Source: a virus. From it: 64,000 nucleotides of DNA. This document shows, piece by piece, positions 39,578 to 48,455 of this stretch; the first letter of the stretch is position 1; each line of letters opens with the position of its first letter. The position numbers were made by a program, and so were the translations under genes. The notes below the pieces were generated by a model. That model searched no databases and was not told the DNA's origin. It worked only from the letters and a program-made list of their open reading frames with translations. Where the stretch lies: the IMG/VR virus record IMGVR_UViG_3300027741_000002, positions 32,001 through 96,000 of that record. One strand, 5' to 3'.

Positions 39578-40065
39578 TGTGTAAGTGCCTTATCTACTCT
39601 ACGTTTCATCGCACGATAGGTAACTCCTGAAGCACGAGCTAACTCAGACACGGTAACACCTTTGTTGTAGAGAAGTCCTGCGATGCTAGTAAGCTCCTGA
39701 TTCGCGGTGAAAGAAACGGATGAAGGATTTGTCCTTGCGCGGAAGCGCCGAGCAACGGGTGACAGGCGCGCGATGTGCAACTGCTCGTGGAGCGGGATTC
39801 CTGGAGACCTTGGACGTTTACGTCTAGACTTTGCCTTGGGCTGAGGCGGGGTAGGGGTCGCGGTGATAAACTCGAACTCAGGCGTATCCTTGATAACCCA
39901 ACTGCGAATCGTTGAGCGACGACGCGGTGGCGAGAATGCGTCCGCAATGGACTGAAGGGTCCAGCCTGCATCGTTCAGATCTTTTACACGACGCCAGAGT
40001 TGCTCCTTAGAGAGGGAGGCTAGGAATTCAGCTTCGCTCTTTGGGAGATCGGGTGTATGCGCCAT
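39574..40065 (-). CDS. double helix-turn-helix DNA-binding protein
   Basis: GWTLQSIADAF..RSTIRSW and GVTVSELARASGVTYRAMKRR. Confidence 0.75.
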   Translation of the reverse strand: MAHTPDLPKSEAEFLASLSKEQLWRRVKDLNDAGWTLQSIADAFSPPRRRSTIRSWVIKDTPEFEFITATPTPPQPKAKSRRKRPRSPGIPLHEQLHIARLSPVARRFRARTNPSSVSFTANQELTSIAGLLYNKGVTVSELARASGVTYRAMKRRVDKALTQ

Positions 40066-40249
40066 GAGAATAATGTATCATCTTTGAAGACGAATGTGTA
40101 CAAACTGCGCTTATAGTAATGTGTACAAACGAAGCAGAAACAGTACCTTTTGGTTAAAATGGCTTGGAGGTGAGAAAGGGTTACGTATAGGTGTGGGCAG
40201 TCCGCGAGTTGTCTCCAAGCTTTTTTTAGTTTGCCTTGTGAAAGTAAGA

Positions 40250-40280
40250 AAGACCAATACTCGTTATAAGTATTGGTCTT
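40250..40280 (-). terminator. intrinsic terminator
   Basis: 12 bp inverted repeat AAGACCAATACT/AGTATTGGTCTT followed by T-rich tract. Confidence 0.6.
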
Positions 40281-40297
40281 CCTTTTGTGAAGAAGAT

Positions 40298-40792
40298 CTA
40301 GAGTACTACGCGTACGTGTACGTCCCCTTCAAAGATCTTAATAAAGGTATCAGCGTCTACAGAGCCTGTGACGTCCATTCCTTTGTCAGCCTGGAACTCC
40401 TTGATTGAAGCTACAGTCTCATCGCCTAACCAACCATCCTTGTCAGCGTCAGCGTCCTTGTAACCAAGTTCGATGAGTCGACGTTGTAGATGATGTACTG
40501 TCAATGACTTGCGTGCATAGACATTTTTGTAGATACAGTTAGCAAGGAGTACGTCGTCGACGTCTTCTCCACTGACTGCTTGACTTGGCTGATATGTAAC
40601 CTTAGTCTCTTCAATAGCTACAGGTTCAGGCATAGGCTCAGGCATAGGCTCATCAGCAATTACTTGCTCAGGCTCTACGTCAGGAGCTTGCACTTCTTCC
40701 TCAACTACTTCTACAGCTTCATCTTCAGCCACAGCAATATCTTCTGTGTCATCGATGTCGCCCGCAGGTTCGATGTTTGTTTCTTCAGTCAT
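40298..40792 (-). CDS. acidic protein with C-terminal peptidoglycan-binding domain
   Basis: VHHLQRRLIELGY..DGWLGDETVASIKEFQ..G..VTG.VDADT (PG_binding_1). Confidence 0.8.
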   Translation of the reverse strand: MTEETNIEPAGDIDDTEDIAVAEDEAVEVVEEEVQAPDVEPEQVIADEPMPEPMPEPVAIEETKVTYQPSQAVSGEDVDDVLLANCIYKNVYARKSLTVHHLQRRLIELGYKDADADKDGWLGDETVASIKEFQADKGMDVTGSVDADTFIKIFEGDVHVRVVL

Positions 40793-40818
40793 GTGAATAC
40801 TATATTCCTATCTTGTGA

Positions 40819-41391
40819 TTATGACTTAGGGTATTGGGTTATCCACAAGGTCACCGCAGGCTCTGCCGCAGATCCATCGTAGGCATTAGGACCTAAGCCC
40901 CATGAACCCCAGTCCTTACCTCCAGCAGTCATGTAGTAAGCAGCCTTAGCGTTTGCTACAGGGTCAAGTAGATCAGCATGTTTAGTGATGCCTACCCTGT
41001 CCTGAAACTTAGCTAGACGGTCTACGCCTAGACTACCGATCATGTTGATTTGGAATAGGCCGTATGAATTGTCGCCAGTGCTGGCGTTCACGTTGTGAGA
41101 AGTGGGATGTCCACGTGACTCACGCATGGCAACTGCCCATGCAGTCTTGAGAGCCTTGCCCTCAAAGCCAACAGCCGCAAGCAGCTCTACAAGCTCTTGG
41201 CTTGTTAGCTCTACCGCGTTCTTATATTTAACTAGTGGGTCTACCACGACAGGCGCGGTAACCATTAGTTCTTTTGTATTGATGTCGTCGGCGTAGCTGC
41301 TCACCATAGTGAGCGAGAATACACCAATTGTTAGTGCCGTAATATAGGCTACGGTCGACATTGCTATTCCACGTATTGTGAGTTTTTGCAA
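40819..41391 (-). CDS. lytic transglycosylase (SLT/lysozyme-like) with N-terminal signal/anchor
   Basis: AVAMRESRG catalytic Glu, SYGLFQIN, DPVANAKAAY, WGSW; TTG start after AAGGAGG. Confidence 0.85.
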   Translation of the reverse strand: MQKLTIRGIAMSTVAYITALTIGVFSLTMVSSYADDINTKELMVTAPVVVDPLVKYKNAVELTSQELVELLAAVGFEGKALKTAWAVAMRESRGHPTSHNVNASTGDNSYGLFQINMIGSLGVDRLAKFQDRVGITKHADLLDPVANAKAAYYMTAGGKDWGSWGLGPNAYDGSAAEPAVTLWITQYPKS

Positions 41392-41634
41392 CGCTAGTTC
41401 GCCTCCTTAGGTCGGGGATGGGACAACCCATTGAGTTTCCAATGAGCTTCTTGCTACCGCTATGCTTCTCAAGCTCGCGCTTGTCCTCTACCGCTTGCAT
41501 AGGGCCGGAGATAAAAAGGGATAACATTGTTAGTCCTTTCGTCTCTCCGTAGTAGGCTGTTTGCCTGGTGTTAATAATACCACATAGAAAGAGAAACAGG
41601 CACCCGTAGGTGCCCGTTACCCGCTACTTTTTTG

Positions 41635-41805
41635 CTATACGGTCTGAGCTAGCCCAGCCCAGGCAATCGCAGATAACCCTAGGGCTAAGGCAAGGACGCC
41701 TTTATCCGGGGTTAGAAGCGCAGTGAGTATGGACAGGATGGAAAGGACAGCTGATATAACAGCAGGCCAAATTAGGCTCTGCAGTGTAAGCATTAGTCTA
41801 TCCAT
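41635..41805 (-). CDS. small two-TM membrane protein (56 aa)
   Basis: Manual translation MDRLMLTLQSLIWPAVISAVLSILSILTALLTPDKGVLALALGLSAIAWAGLAQTV; below ORF-track cutoff. Confidence 0.65.
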   Translation of the reverse strand: MDRLMLTLQSLIWPAVISAVLSILSILTALLTPDKGVLALALGLSAIAWAGLAQTV

Positions 41806-41808
41806 GGA

Positions 41809-41994
41809 TTACTTGACCTTACGGGTTTTACCCTTGAGTCTATCGGAGGTATTGCGAATAGGAGTCCCCGAGTCCGCGATGAGCTTACGAGCCTTACCGT
41901 ATGTGATTGATAGCTCTTTAGCTACTTCGTCTACAGACTTCCCTGCGCTATAGAGCGCGGCTGCTTGGTTTGGTGTAACTGTTGCTGTTGTCAT
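41809..41994 (-). CDS. small HTH protein
   Basis: LYSAGKSVDEVAKELSITYGKARKLIADSGTPIR. Confidence 0.8.
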   Translation of the reverse strand: MTTATVTPNQAAALYSAGKSVDEVAKELSITYGKARKLIADSGTPIRNTSDRLKGKTRKVK

Positions 41995-42061
41995 TGTTTT
42001 CCTCTCGTATGTACGTAATCACACTGTATGATTATGCATTTAATTGAGCGTATGGTACTGC

Positions 42062-42514
42062 TCAAGATTTCTTGCTCTTTACAGGCTTTGGCGGGATCTT
42101 CCCATGCTTGTCGCAAAGGGAACGTCCATTCCACGGTCCACGTGGTTTTATGTTGTTATCGCAGTCTGTGCCGTAACCAGCTGCGTCACATTTAATTTTA
42201 GTTCCTTGAGTAAAGTTATTGACCAGCGAAACGATTGCCCGCTTGACAATAGAGCTATCAACCGCAAATCCATTTTCCTGGTGGCATGACCAACACAGGT
42301 ATTCGTTTCTGCGATGTGATGGATCTCGGACTGCGTTTCCCGCTCCACATTTATCACACGGCGTAACCCTTTTTACAGTTCTTGCTTTGTCCCTGTAGTG
42401 CTCTGCACAGAGTAGTTGTTCACCACACTCGTAGACGAGAACGTTTTGTTCTCCGCATTGCTGGCAGTTGTCGTAGACGTATATCTTGTCTCGCTGGACG
42501 GTTCCCTGTGTCAT
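42062..42514 (-). CDS. Cys-rich multi-zinc-finger protein
   Basis: CQQC..CAEH, CDKC..CWSCH, C..C..CDKH. Confidence 0.7.
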   Translation of the reverse strand: MTQGTVQRDKIYVYDNCQQCGEQNVLVYECGEQLLCAEHYRDKARTVKRVTPCDKCGAGNAVRDPSHRRNEYLCWSCHQENGFAVDSSIVKRAIVSLVNNFTQGTKIKCDAAGYGTDCDNNIKPRGPWNGRSLCDKHGKIPPKPVKSKKS

Positions 42515-42558
42515 AGCTAGATCCTAATCCTTATTCGGTATCTTGTAAACTATTAACC

Positions 42559-42771
42559 CTATTTCTCACTGGACCCCCACTGAACGCGAGGTTCACCACG
42601 GAGAATCGAGGCTGAACAGTCTGAATGGTTAATGTGAAACGGGGCAAGACGAAGAACCGACTTACCTACCTTTGGCATCTGGTCAAACGGCTGTGACTCG
42701 TAGATGTAGTGTCCACATTTGGAACAGATTTCGTACGTGTCAGCTGTGCGCTTGACGGGCTTGCCTAACAT
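42559..42771 (-). CDS. hypothetical protein (CxxC)
   Basis: 70 aa ORF coupled to upstream gene. Confidence 0.55.
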   Translation of the reverse strand: MLGKPVKRTADTYEICSKCGHYIYESQPFDQMPKVGKSVLRLAPFHINHSDCSASILRGEPRVQWGSSEK

Positions 42772-43055
42772 TACTTGTCACCCTTTGGACCAACCACACC
42801 TAGAAGCGTTGTTGGGCTCTTGCGCTTTAGGCGAAGGTTAGAGAACTCTTCCTTTGCGATAAGCTCTGTGCGAAGTGAGAAGAACCAAAGAGGTCCTGAG
42901 CCAGCTGCAATCAAGAACGCAGATGCTAGAAATGCGATGAGACTTGGATAGATAAAGAAAGATTGAGCGGCATACGGAATCCAAGCTAAAGCTAGGAGAC
43001 GTAGAGCTACCGTATATCGGCGGTATTTATGTCCACGGAATGTGCTGATTTTCAT
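42771..43055 (-). CDS. membrane protein
   Basis: Two hydrophobic segments. Confidence 0.65.
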   Translation of the reverse strand: MKISTFRGHKYRRYTVALRLLALAWIPYAAQSFFIYPSLIAFLASAFLIAAGSGPLWFFSLRTELIAKEEFSNLRLKRKSPTTLLGVVGPKGDK

Positions 43056-43138
43056 TTTGCGTCCTTTCGGTTACAGTGCTTGCAAGGATTCTTTTTTGCT
43101 CCTCGCGGTTTCTTTCCCCAACAGTACATACATACCAT
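43052..43138 (-). CDS. 28 aa zinc-finger microprotein
   Basis: MVCMYCWGKKPRGAKKNPCKHCNRKDAK directly after promoter and the ACGACGAAAGGA RBS motif; ATGA overlap with next gene. Confidence 0.6.
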   Translation of the reverse strand: MVCMYCWGKKPRGAKKNPCKHCNRKDAK

Positions 43139-43201
43139 TTTCTGTTCCTTTCGTCGTTTGGCGTACAGGTTAATTATAACAGGTAGATCAGGATAATGAA
43201 A

Positions 43202-44596
43202 CTACCTAACGCGGAAGGTGTTTCTCAGACCAGGGATCTTTCGGCCAGCTGGAGACTTAGCCGTAATCTTTCCGCCTACGAATCCGGCTGGTGGTTTAAT
43301 GAGTAGAGCGGTAAGGGCATGGACCAGCGCATCGACGCGGTCAGGTGATTTGCCTTCGCCTGGAATCCACGAGGTCATCTGGGACTCGAGGTCCGCTAGG
43401 TACCCTATGTGGTGCACGCGGTTCTGCTCGTAAGCTAGCGTGATTGGCTCGGCTCGAAGGGCCTTGCCGTATTTGGAGTGAACCTCAAGTACCTTAACCG
43501 TTGGGTCAATCGTGTTGATGGCGTTGCGAACAAGCGCACCGCCTTGGTTTACCTCCGCGATAACGGGGCAACCCCACTTACGCGCCATGGCTACTACCTT
43601 GTTTGCCCACACATCCGGTGAGCCTAAGATTGAAGCATCCTCAAGTACCCAGCTCTGACGTTTGTAAAGATCTCTATCGGCCGTTGCAGCTACAACAACT
43701 ATGCCGCATTCATCTCTTGGATTTTCAGCTACCGATGGATCAACACCGATGCAACGAAGCGGTGCGCCTTGTGGCATAACAAGTTCGCGTGTATTATCGA
43801 TAAGTTCTACTGTCCAGAGTGCTCCCTCAACGTCTGAAAGCATCTCGCCGTAAAGTTCCTGCGCAGCTAGACGAGTTCCTTCGTACACTCCAAGAATTCC
43901 TTCCATGTAGGCCGCAGAAAGGTTTCCGCTGTTGTCCATGGTTGAACCTTTAGTAATAATAACCTTGCCGGGATTTGTATCGGCCTCACGTAAAAGATCA
44001 TATAGCAACGGCACGCGCTTCGGCGTTGTTGTAATCATAATTTTAGGATTTTGACCAAGACGAGTACCAATACGTAAGTTTTCAAATGCGGTAAGCCCAG
44101 CTCCATCTGGAGTCTGACGCCAAGCGGCAACCTCGTCTCCCCAAGCATGCGTGAATTGAGGACCACGAAGAGAATCTGGCTCATCGGCAGTAAAGCATGT
44201 TGCCGTATTGCCGTTAGGCCAAGTCAGTCTTCGCTTTGACGGTTCGTACAACGGACGCTCACTAGGAGGCGTTACATTGATAATACCTGATTCACCTTCA
44301 ACGATAACGTCTCGTACGTCAGCAGCTGTACGAGCTACCAATGCAAAACGGCGTTGACCGGTGTTTGTGTATTTAGCTTCTTCTCTTACCCACTCTGAAG
44401 CCGTACGAGTTTTACCAGCACCGCGTCCTGCGAGGTACATCCATATGTTCCAGTCATCACCTTGAGGACGCTGTTGTTCAGGACGTCCCCAGAAACTCCA
44501 GTCCCATTGAAGAGCGTCTGGATCTAGACCTGCTAGAACCTCTGCCTTTTCTTCATCAGACATTGCCGCAATGATTTGTGCTAGACTCTTTCCCAT
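43202..44596 (-). CDS. terL: terminase large subunit
   Basis: Walker A AGRGAGKT, LRGPQF, Walker B WGDEVAAW, TTTPK, nuclease IGVDPS, AEVNQGG, SPDRVDALVHA. Confidence 0.95.
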   Translation of the reverse strand: MGKSLAQIIAAMSDEEKAEVLAGLDPDALQWDWSFWGRPEQQRPQGDDWNIWMYLAGRGAGKTRTASEWVREEAKYTNTGQRRFALVARTAADVRDVIVEGESGIINVTPPSERPLYEPSKRRLTWPNGNTATCFTADEPDSLRGPQFTHAWGDEVAAWRQTPDGAGLTAFENLRIGTRLGQNPKIMITTTPKRVPLLYDLLREADTNPGKVIITKGSTMDNSGNLSAAYMEGILGVYEGTRLAAQELYGEMLSDVEGALWTVELIDNTRELVMPQGAPLRCIGVDPSVAENPRDECGIVVVAATADRDLYKRQSWVLEDASILGSPDVWANKVVAMARKWGCPVIAEVNQGGALVRNAINTIDPTVKVLEVHSKYGKALRAEPITLAYEQNRVHHIGYLADLESQMTSWIPGEGKSPDRVDALVHALTALLIKPPAGFVGGKITAKSPAGRKIPGLRNTFRVR

Positions 44597-44626
44597 ATGT
44601 ACTATGGTACCTTATAAAAGGAAAAG

Positions 44627-45550
44627 TTATACGGGTACGTTGCTAATATCTGAATATATTTCTGATACTACAGTTGCCCACACCTTTGGTGTGTGGTCGA
44701 AAGGTTGATAACCACCGGCTCCTCCAATAAGTACTCTGCCTCTTGCATGCTTGTTAGCGATGTCCGCAATGATGCGAGCAGCAGCTCGATACCCAGGATA
44801 ATCAAAGTTAAGACCAGACAATGGATCTGAATGATGTGCGTCAGCTCCGGTAGCTAGAAGAATAACATCTGGCTGAATATCATCCGCAAGCAGCTCGATC
44901 TCTTGCATCGCATCCAGAAATTCTACGTCACCATCTCCGTTAGCTAATGCCCAGTTGTATACTCCATTTTCTGGCTCGTTCTTAAGACCAGTTCCCGGGA
45001 AGATTCCACCTTGGTGGATACTTGCCGTAACTAGATTTCGATACGGGCGCAGGATATTCTCAACGCCGTCACCATGATGCGCATCCCAATCAATGTACAT
45101 AGGCTTAAGCCCTGCAGCCATAAATAACTTAGCAACTAACGCCATGTCGTTGAATACACAAAAACCAGAGCTATGGTCATACTGCGCATGATGCTTAGCT
45201 CCTTGCGGATTGAAGGCTACCTGAGCTTCTCCTGAAAGAATCTTTTCATACATGCGAATAGTCCCCGCAGCCATCTCAAGAGCAACGGCTCCAAGATGTA
45301 GCTGGTCAGGATACCATTCACCGCAGTGACCTTTATCTAAAACCTTAGAAATGTATTCATCAGAGTGAACATGATTTAACAAGTCTCTGTCTGATTCAGA
45401 CGCTGATGGCTTAACCATTACTGGTTCTAAGTCTTTAAGAAGCTCTACCGCAAGCTTAGCACGAATTGGATTAGTTGGGTGACTACCGTCACCATTTCCT
45501 AGCTGCCAATCAAGATAGATATCGTCGTATGCGACGTGTAGCTTACTCAC
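44627..45550 (-). CDS. histone deacetylase family (AcuC-like) Zn-dependent deacylase
   Basis: HPTNPIR, VHSDEY, GAKHHA..SSGFCVFND, IDWDAHHGDG, SIH, GADAHHSDPL, GAGGY; GTG 45550 start preferred. Confidence 0.92.
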   Translation of the reverse strand: MSKLHVAYDDIYLDWQLGNGDGSHPTNPIRAKLAVELLKDLEPVMVKPSASESDRDLLNHVHSDEYISKVLDKGHCGEWYPDQLHLGAVALEMAAGTIRMYEKILSGEAQVAFNPQGAKHHAQYDHSSGFCVFNDMALVAKLFMAAGLKPMYIDWDAHHGDGVENILRPYRNLVTASIHQGGIFPGTGLKNEPENGVYNWALANGDGDVEFLDAMQEIELLADDIQPDVILLATGADAHHSDPLSGLNFDYPGYRAAARIIADIANKHARGRVLIGGAGGYQPFDHTPKVWATVVSEIYSDISNVPV

Positions 45551-46064
45551 TTGCTTTGTCCAACGTTCGAACATACGCTTCAAACTCACCGTTACATAAA
45601 ACATATGAGGTTCGCTTAGTACGAAGAAGCGTGATAGCTTCATCAGGAGTATAACCAGCTTTGATAAGAACAAGAGCCGCAGTTAAACCAGAGCGGTTAA
45701 GCCCAGCTTGACAACGAATTAAAACCTTCTTACCAGCCTTCCACTTGCTATGCGCAAATGAGACAGCTGTAGCTAGAGACTCTGAGTCAATATGGTCTAC
45801 GTCTGAATCATAAAAACCAAAGCGTAGTTCCTCAACCATCCAGTCAACTGGATTTGCCCATGCGTATAAAGTTACTACCGCATCGAAATCTTTCTTTGTG
45901 ATTTGTTTAGGCGCGTCTAATACTGCTGACTCTTCAATTGTGTCCAGGTCATCAGTTCCGCCTACCCATAAACCAGGCAAGATCTCGCTGTGCAATGGAA
46001 AGTCCCAGCTGTCTAACTGATGTGCTGGTGCATATCCTTCGTTTGTTTCAATGAGCTTTGCCAT
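45543..46064 (-). CDS. dual-specificity protein phosphatase
   Basis: SEILPGLWVGG, FYD acid loop, P-loop VLIRCQAGLNRSG, AITLLRTKR..N..F. Confidence 0.9.
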   Translation of the reverse strand: MAKLIETNEGYAPAHQLDSWDFPLHSEILPGLWVGGTDDLDTIEESAVLDAPKQITKKDFDAVVTLYAWANPVDWMVEELRFGFYDSDVDHIDSESLATAVSFAHSKWKAGKKVLIRCQAGLNRSGLTAALVLIKAGYTPDEAITLLRTKRTSYVLCNGEFEAYVRTLDKASE

Positions 46065-46134
46065 TGTGTTTCTCCTTTTGTCATTTTGTCATTTAATGGT
46101 ACTATTATATCAGGATAAGTTACCTGCTAGTAAC

Positions 46135-46701
46135 TTACTCTTCTTGTATAAACGTGTGGATGTTGCCACCGGAGTAGATGTCATGCTTGATAGCAATTTC
46201 TACTGCACGGTAAACAATCTTCTCAGCTTCCTTTGCGGTCTTACACTTTTGATAGTTAAGAGCTTCAAGAACACCGAGAGCTAGATCCGAACCACTACCT
46301 GAGTGATACACGTTTCGTTCTTCTCTGTCCCAAGAGTAGTCTTCGTAAATCGGATACAGAACTCCGTACACTGAGACAATGAACTCTGAGTCGTGAGCCG
46401 CAGCTTCACCGTCAGCCTTCATGTCGTAGCCAGACTCGACGAAAACCTTACGCATAGACGGAATAAATGTTTTCGTCATGAATACATCAAGGTCCTGTCC
46501 AGCTTTCGGACGAGGAGCTCTCCAACCAAATTGAAGTATGTTTGAGCCGCGTCCCGCACCAGACCCTGCAATTAAAATACCGTTATTCTCTACGACTTTA
46601 TGCGTAGCCATTTCTAGGTAGCGACCACTTTCGTCAGACGAACGCGAATCACAACCAATGACGGACCAGCCGTCACCTTGAATTGCTACAAGTGTAGTCA
46701 C
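46135..46701 (-). CDS. proteasome beta/HslV-like Ntn-hydrolase
   Basis: N-terminal MTT nucleophile, CDSR, conserved Lys (THKV), AGSG, SGSGSDLALG, DIYSGG. Confidence 0.8.
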   Translation of the reverse strand: MTTLVAIQGDGWSVIGCDSRSSDESGRYLEMATHKVVENNGILIAGSGAGRGSNILQFGWRAPRPKAGQDLDVFMTKTFIPSMRKVFVESGYDMKADGEAAAHDSEFIVSVYGVLYPIYEDYSWDREERNVYHSGSGSDLALGVLEALNYQKCKTAKEAEKIVYRAVEIAIKHDIYSGGNIHTFIQEE

Positions 46702-46728
46702 GGAATTCCTCTCCAGGTAAAACGCCTA

Positions 46729-46765
46729 TCCAGGCGCTAGGAAAACTGTATCCTAAGCGCCTGGA
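46729..46765 (-). terminator. hairpin between genes
   Basis: TCCAGGCGCT/AGCGCCTGGA inverted repeat. Confidence 0.45.
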
Positions 46766-46772
46766 CTACGTC

Positions 46773-47108
46773 TTACTTTACGAGATCAATTATAGCCACA
46801 GGAACAACAATATCTGCTGATTCTGATTTACCCGTAATTGGGTTAATTTTTTCGAATCTTCCAACGGGTGTCTCCAGTCTTACAACAACCTTCTTCTGTT
46901 TCATCCCTGTCACAGTTGCCTTGCGGCCAACCATGTAGCGAGTCCCAGTTAGATCATTGAAGACCACCGTGTCACCGATGTGATAATCCGCAATTGTGCG
47001 TGAGACACGAGACGCCTTTAGGCGTGAATCTACCGCATCCTTGATTTTGACTAAGCCAGAATCAAATGTTCCTGACTCAATCTGAGATACAAGATCTTCG
47101 ATATTCAT
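46773..47108 (-). CDS. hypothetical protein, SH3/KOW-like
   Basis: IGDTVVF..GRKATVTG; own promoter and RBS motif. Confidence 0.7.
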   Translation of the reverse strand: MNIEDLVSQIESGTFDSGLVKIKDAVDSRLKASRVSRTIADYHIGDTVVFNDLTGTRYMVGRKATVTGMKQKKVVVRLETPVGRFEKINPITGKSESADIVVPVAIIDLVK

Positions 47109-47153
47109 GTTATTCCTTCCGTCGCAGTTATAGTACTATTATATCAGGTTTTG

Positions 47154-47366
47154 TCAGGAAAGTACAATAGCTGCTTGGTCAGGGCAATACCCAAATAACT
47201 GAGCAGACATCTGCATACTGGTCTTACCTGTATCAGTCCAGTCCTTGTAGACTCTCTTCCACTCGTTGGAAGAAGCCTTAGGATGATAAATTAAGCACTG
47301 GCAAGGAGACGTAGATAGTTCTTCCACAGCCCTTGTCTGCTCAGCTAATTGGTTAATCCAAGTCAT
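47154..47366 (-). CDS. hypothetical protein
   Basis: 70 aa ORF coupled to upstream gene. Confidence 0.55.
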   Translation of the reverse strand: MTWINQLAEQTRAVEELSTSPCQCLIYHPKASSNEWKRVYKDWTDTGKTSMQMSAQLFGYCPDQAAIVLS

Positions 47367-47608
47367 TATGCATCAACCTCTGCACGGAAATAACCGATAC
47401 CTTGCTCAGCTTGAGCTAGATCTTCTACCCAAGGTAGACGTTTACGCTCAGTGTCTAAGAAAGAACTAGCGTAGAGGACTGCCTCTTTTTTGGCAGGTCC
47501 AAGAGATTTGAAAGCTCCACGGCGTGTTTCACCACTTGCAAGGTCCTTGACCTCAACTAGCCATGCAGCGTTAGGGGCTTTGCTTTTATGTAAGGTTGCT
47601 ACTATCAT
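47366..47608 (-). CDS. hypothetical protein
   Basis: RBS GAAAGGA, 80 aa. Confidence 0.7.
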   Translation of the reverse strand: MIVATLHKSKAPNAAWLVEVKDLASGETRRGAFKSLGPAKKEAVLYASSFLDTERKRLPWVEDLAQAEQGIGYFRAEVDA

Positions 47609-47696
47609 GATGTCCTTTCGACATTGTTAGGTGGGTAGTTTAGTGACTTGCCCAGGTCGTTCTGTAGCGGATTGGAGTACGTTACAGAAGTTTAAT

Positions 47697-47939
47697 TTAT
47701 ACGGCGTAAGCTAATTCGTAACCTTTGTTTAGTTTTTCTTGAACCTTCATGAATGCCATTTGACGTGCATAGAACTCGTCACGATAGTTCTTTATCTCAT
47801 TCTGGCGGACTGGCTTTTCTGCCATTCCCCAGCTAGTGCGAACTACTGGACCATCTACAGTTACCTCGTAGATCTTACGCTTTCCGTTTGCTCCACGTTG
47901 ACCATCGCTGGATTTTAGGAGACACCATTTCTTTTGCAT
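47697..47939 (-). CDS. WGR-domain protein
   Basis: KIYEV..VRTSWG..A...QEKLNKGY. Confidence 0.75.
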   Translation of the reverse strand: MQKKWCLLKSSDGQRGANGKRKIYEVTVDGPVVRTSWGMAEKPVRQNEIKNYRDEFYARQMAFMKVQEKLNKGYELAYAV

Positions 47940-48021
47940 TTTGGATCCTTCCGTCGTTTTGTCGTTTTCACCGTTTCCGATGATAGTACTATTATATCAG
48001 GAAGATCTAGGGAAGTATACC

Positions 48022-48294
48022 TTACTCGTCGGTAACATCTTCATCCGGCCACATCTCCGGGCGAAGGGCGTGTTCATATTGGTCACCGCGCCAGGAATTG
48101 GATGCGAACGAGATGTCTTCCTCCATGAGCTTATTTAATGAGAGGACTGCGGTATGACCCTCAGCCTCGAACATGATGATGAGCTTTGTGTCTGACTGTT
48201 CAGGGTCATCTACAAGCGCCACGGTGAAAGGCATCCCACCAATGCCATTTCGGTGAGTGTCCATATCTACGATTTCTAGCTTATCAGCATTCAT
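48022..48294 (-). CDS. hypothetical protein
   Basis: HRNGIGG.PF, NSWRGD. Confidence 0.7.
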   Translation of the reverse strand: MNADKLEIVDMDTHRNGIGGMPFTVALVDDPEQSDTKLIIMFEAEGHTAVLSLNKLMEEDISFASNSWRGDQYEHALRPEMWPDEDVTDE

Positions 48295-48455
48295 CGGTTC
48301 CTCTTTATCTCTGGTCGTCTTTTTGAAATCTCATACTTGCTAACATCTACTCCTTTTTTCTTGAGCCAGTCCTTAGCAACTTCTTCATTGATGAATTCAC
48401 CTAGCCACTCACCTTGCTCATTAAAAACATTTACCAAATCATATAGTGAACTCAT
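48291..48455 (-). CDS. small hypothetical protein
   Basis: ATG 48455 (ATGA overlap) MSSLYDLVNVFNEQGEWLGEF. Confidence 0.6.
   Translation of the reverse strand: MSSLYDLVNVFNEQGEWLGEFINEEVAKDWLKKKGVDVSKYEISKRRPEIKRNR

Noticed and set aside
40622-40652. 12 bp tandem repeat
   Set aside because: Encodes a low-complexity EPMP linker
41392-41580. c-di-AMP (ydaO) riboswitch upstream of the transglycosylase
   Set aside because: I could not find the characteristic conserved segments (for example CCCGTCAGCTAA); kept only as an unassigned leader
45551-45673. ORF-track N-terminal extension of the HDAC (similar extensions at 12869-12925, 28705-28746, 50285-50410, 50523-50651)
   Set aside because: They overlap upstream genes or promoters; downstream starts with RBS or translational coupling fit better
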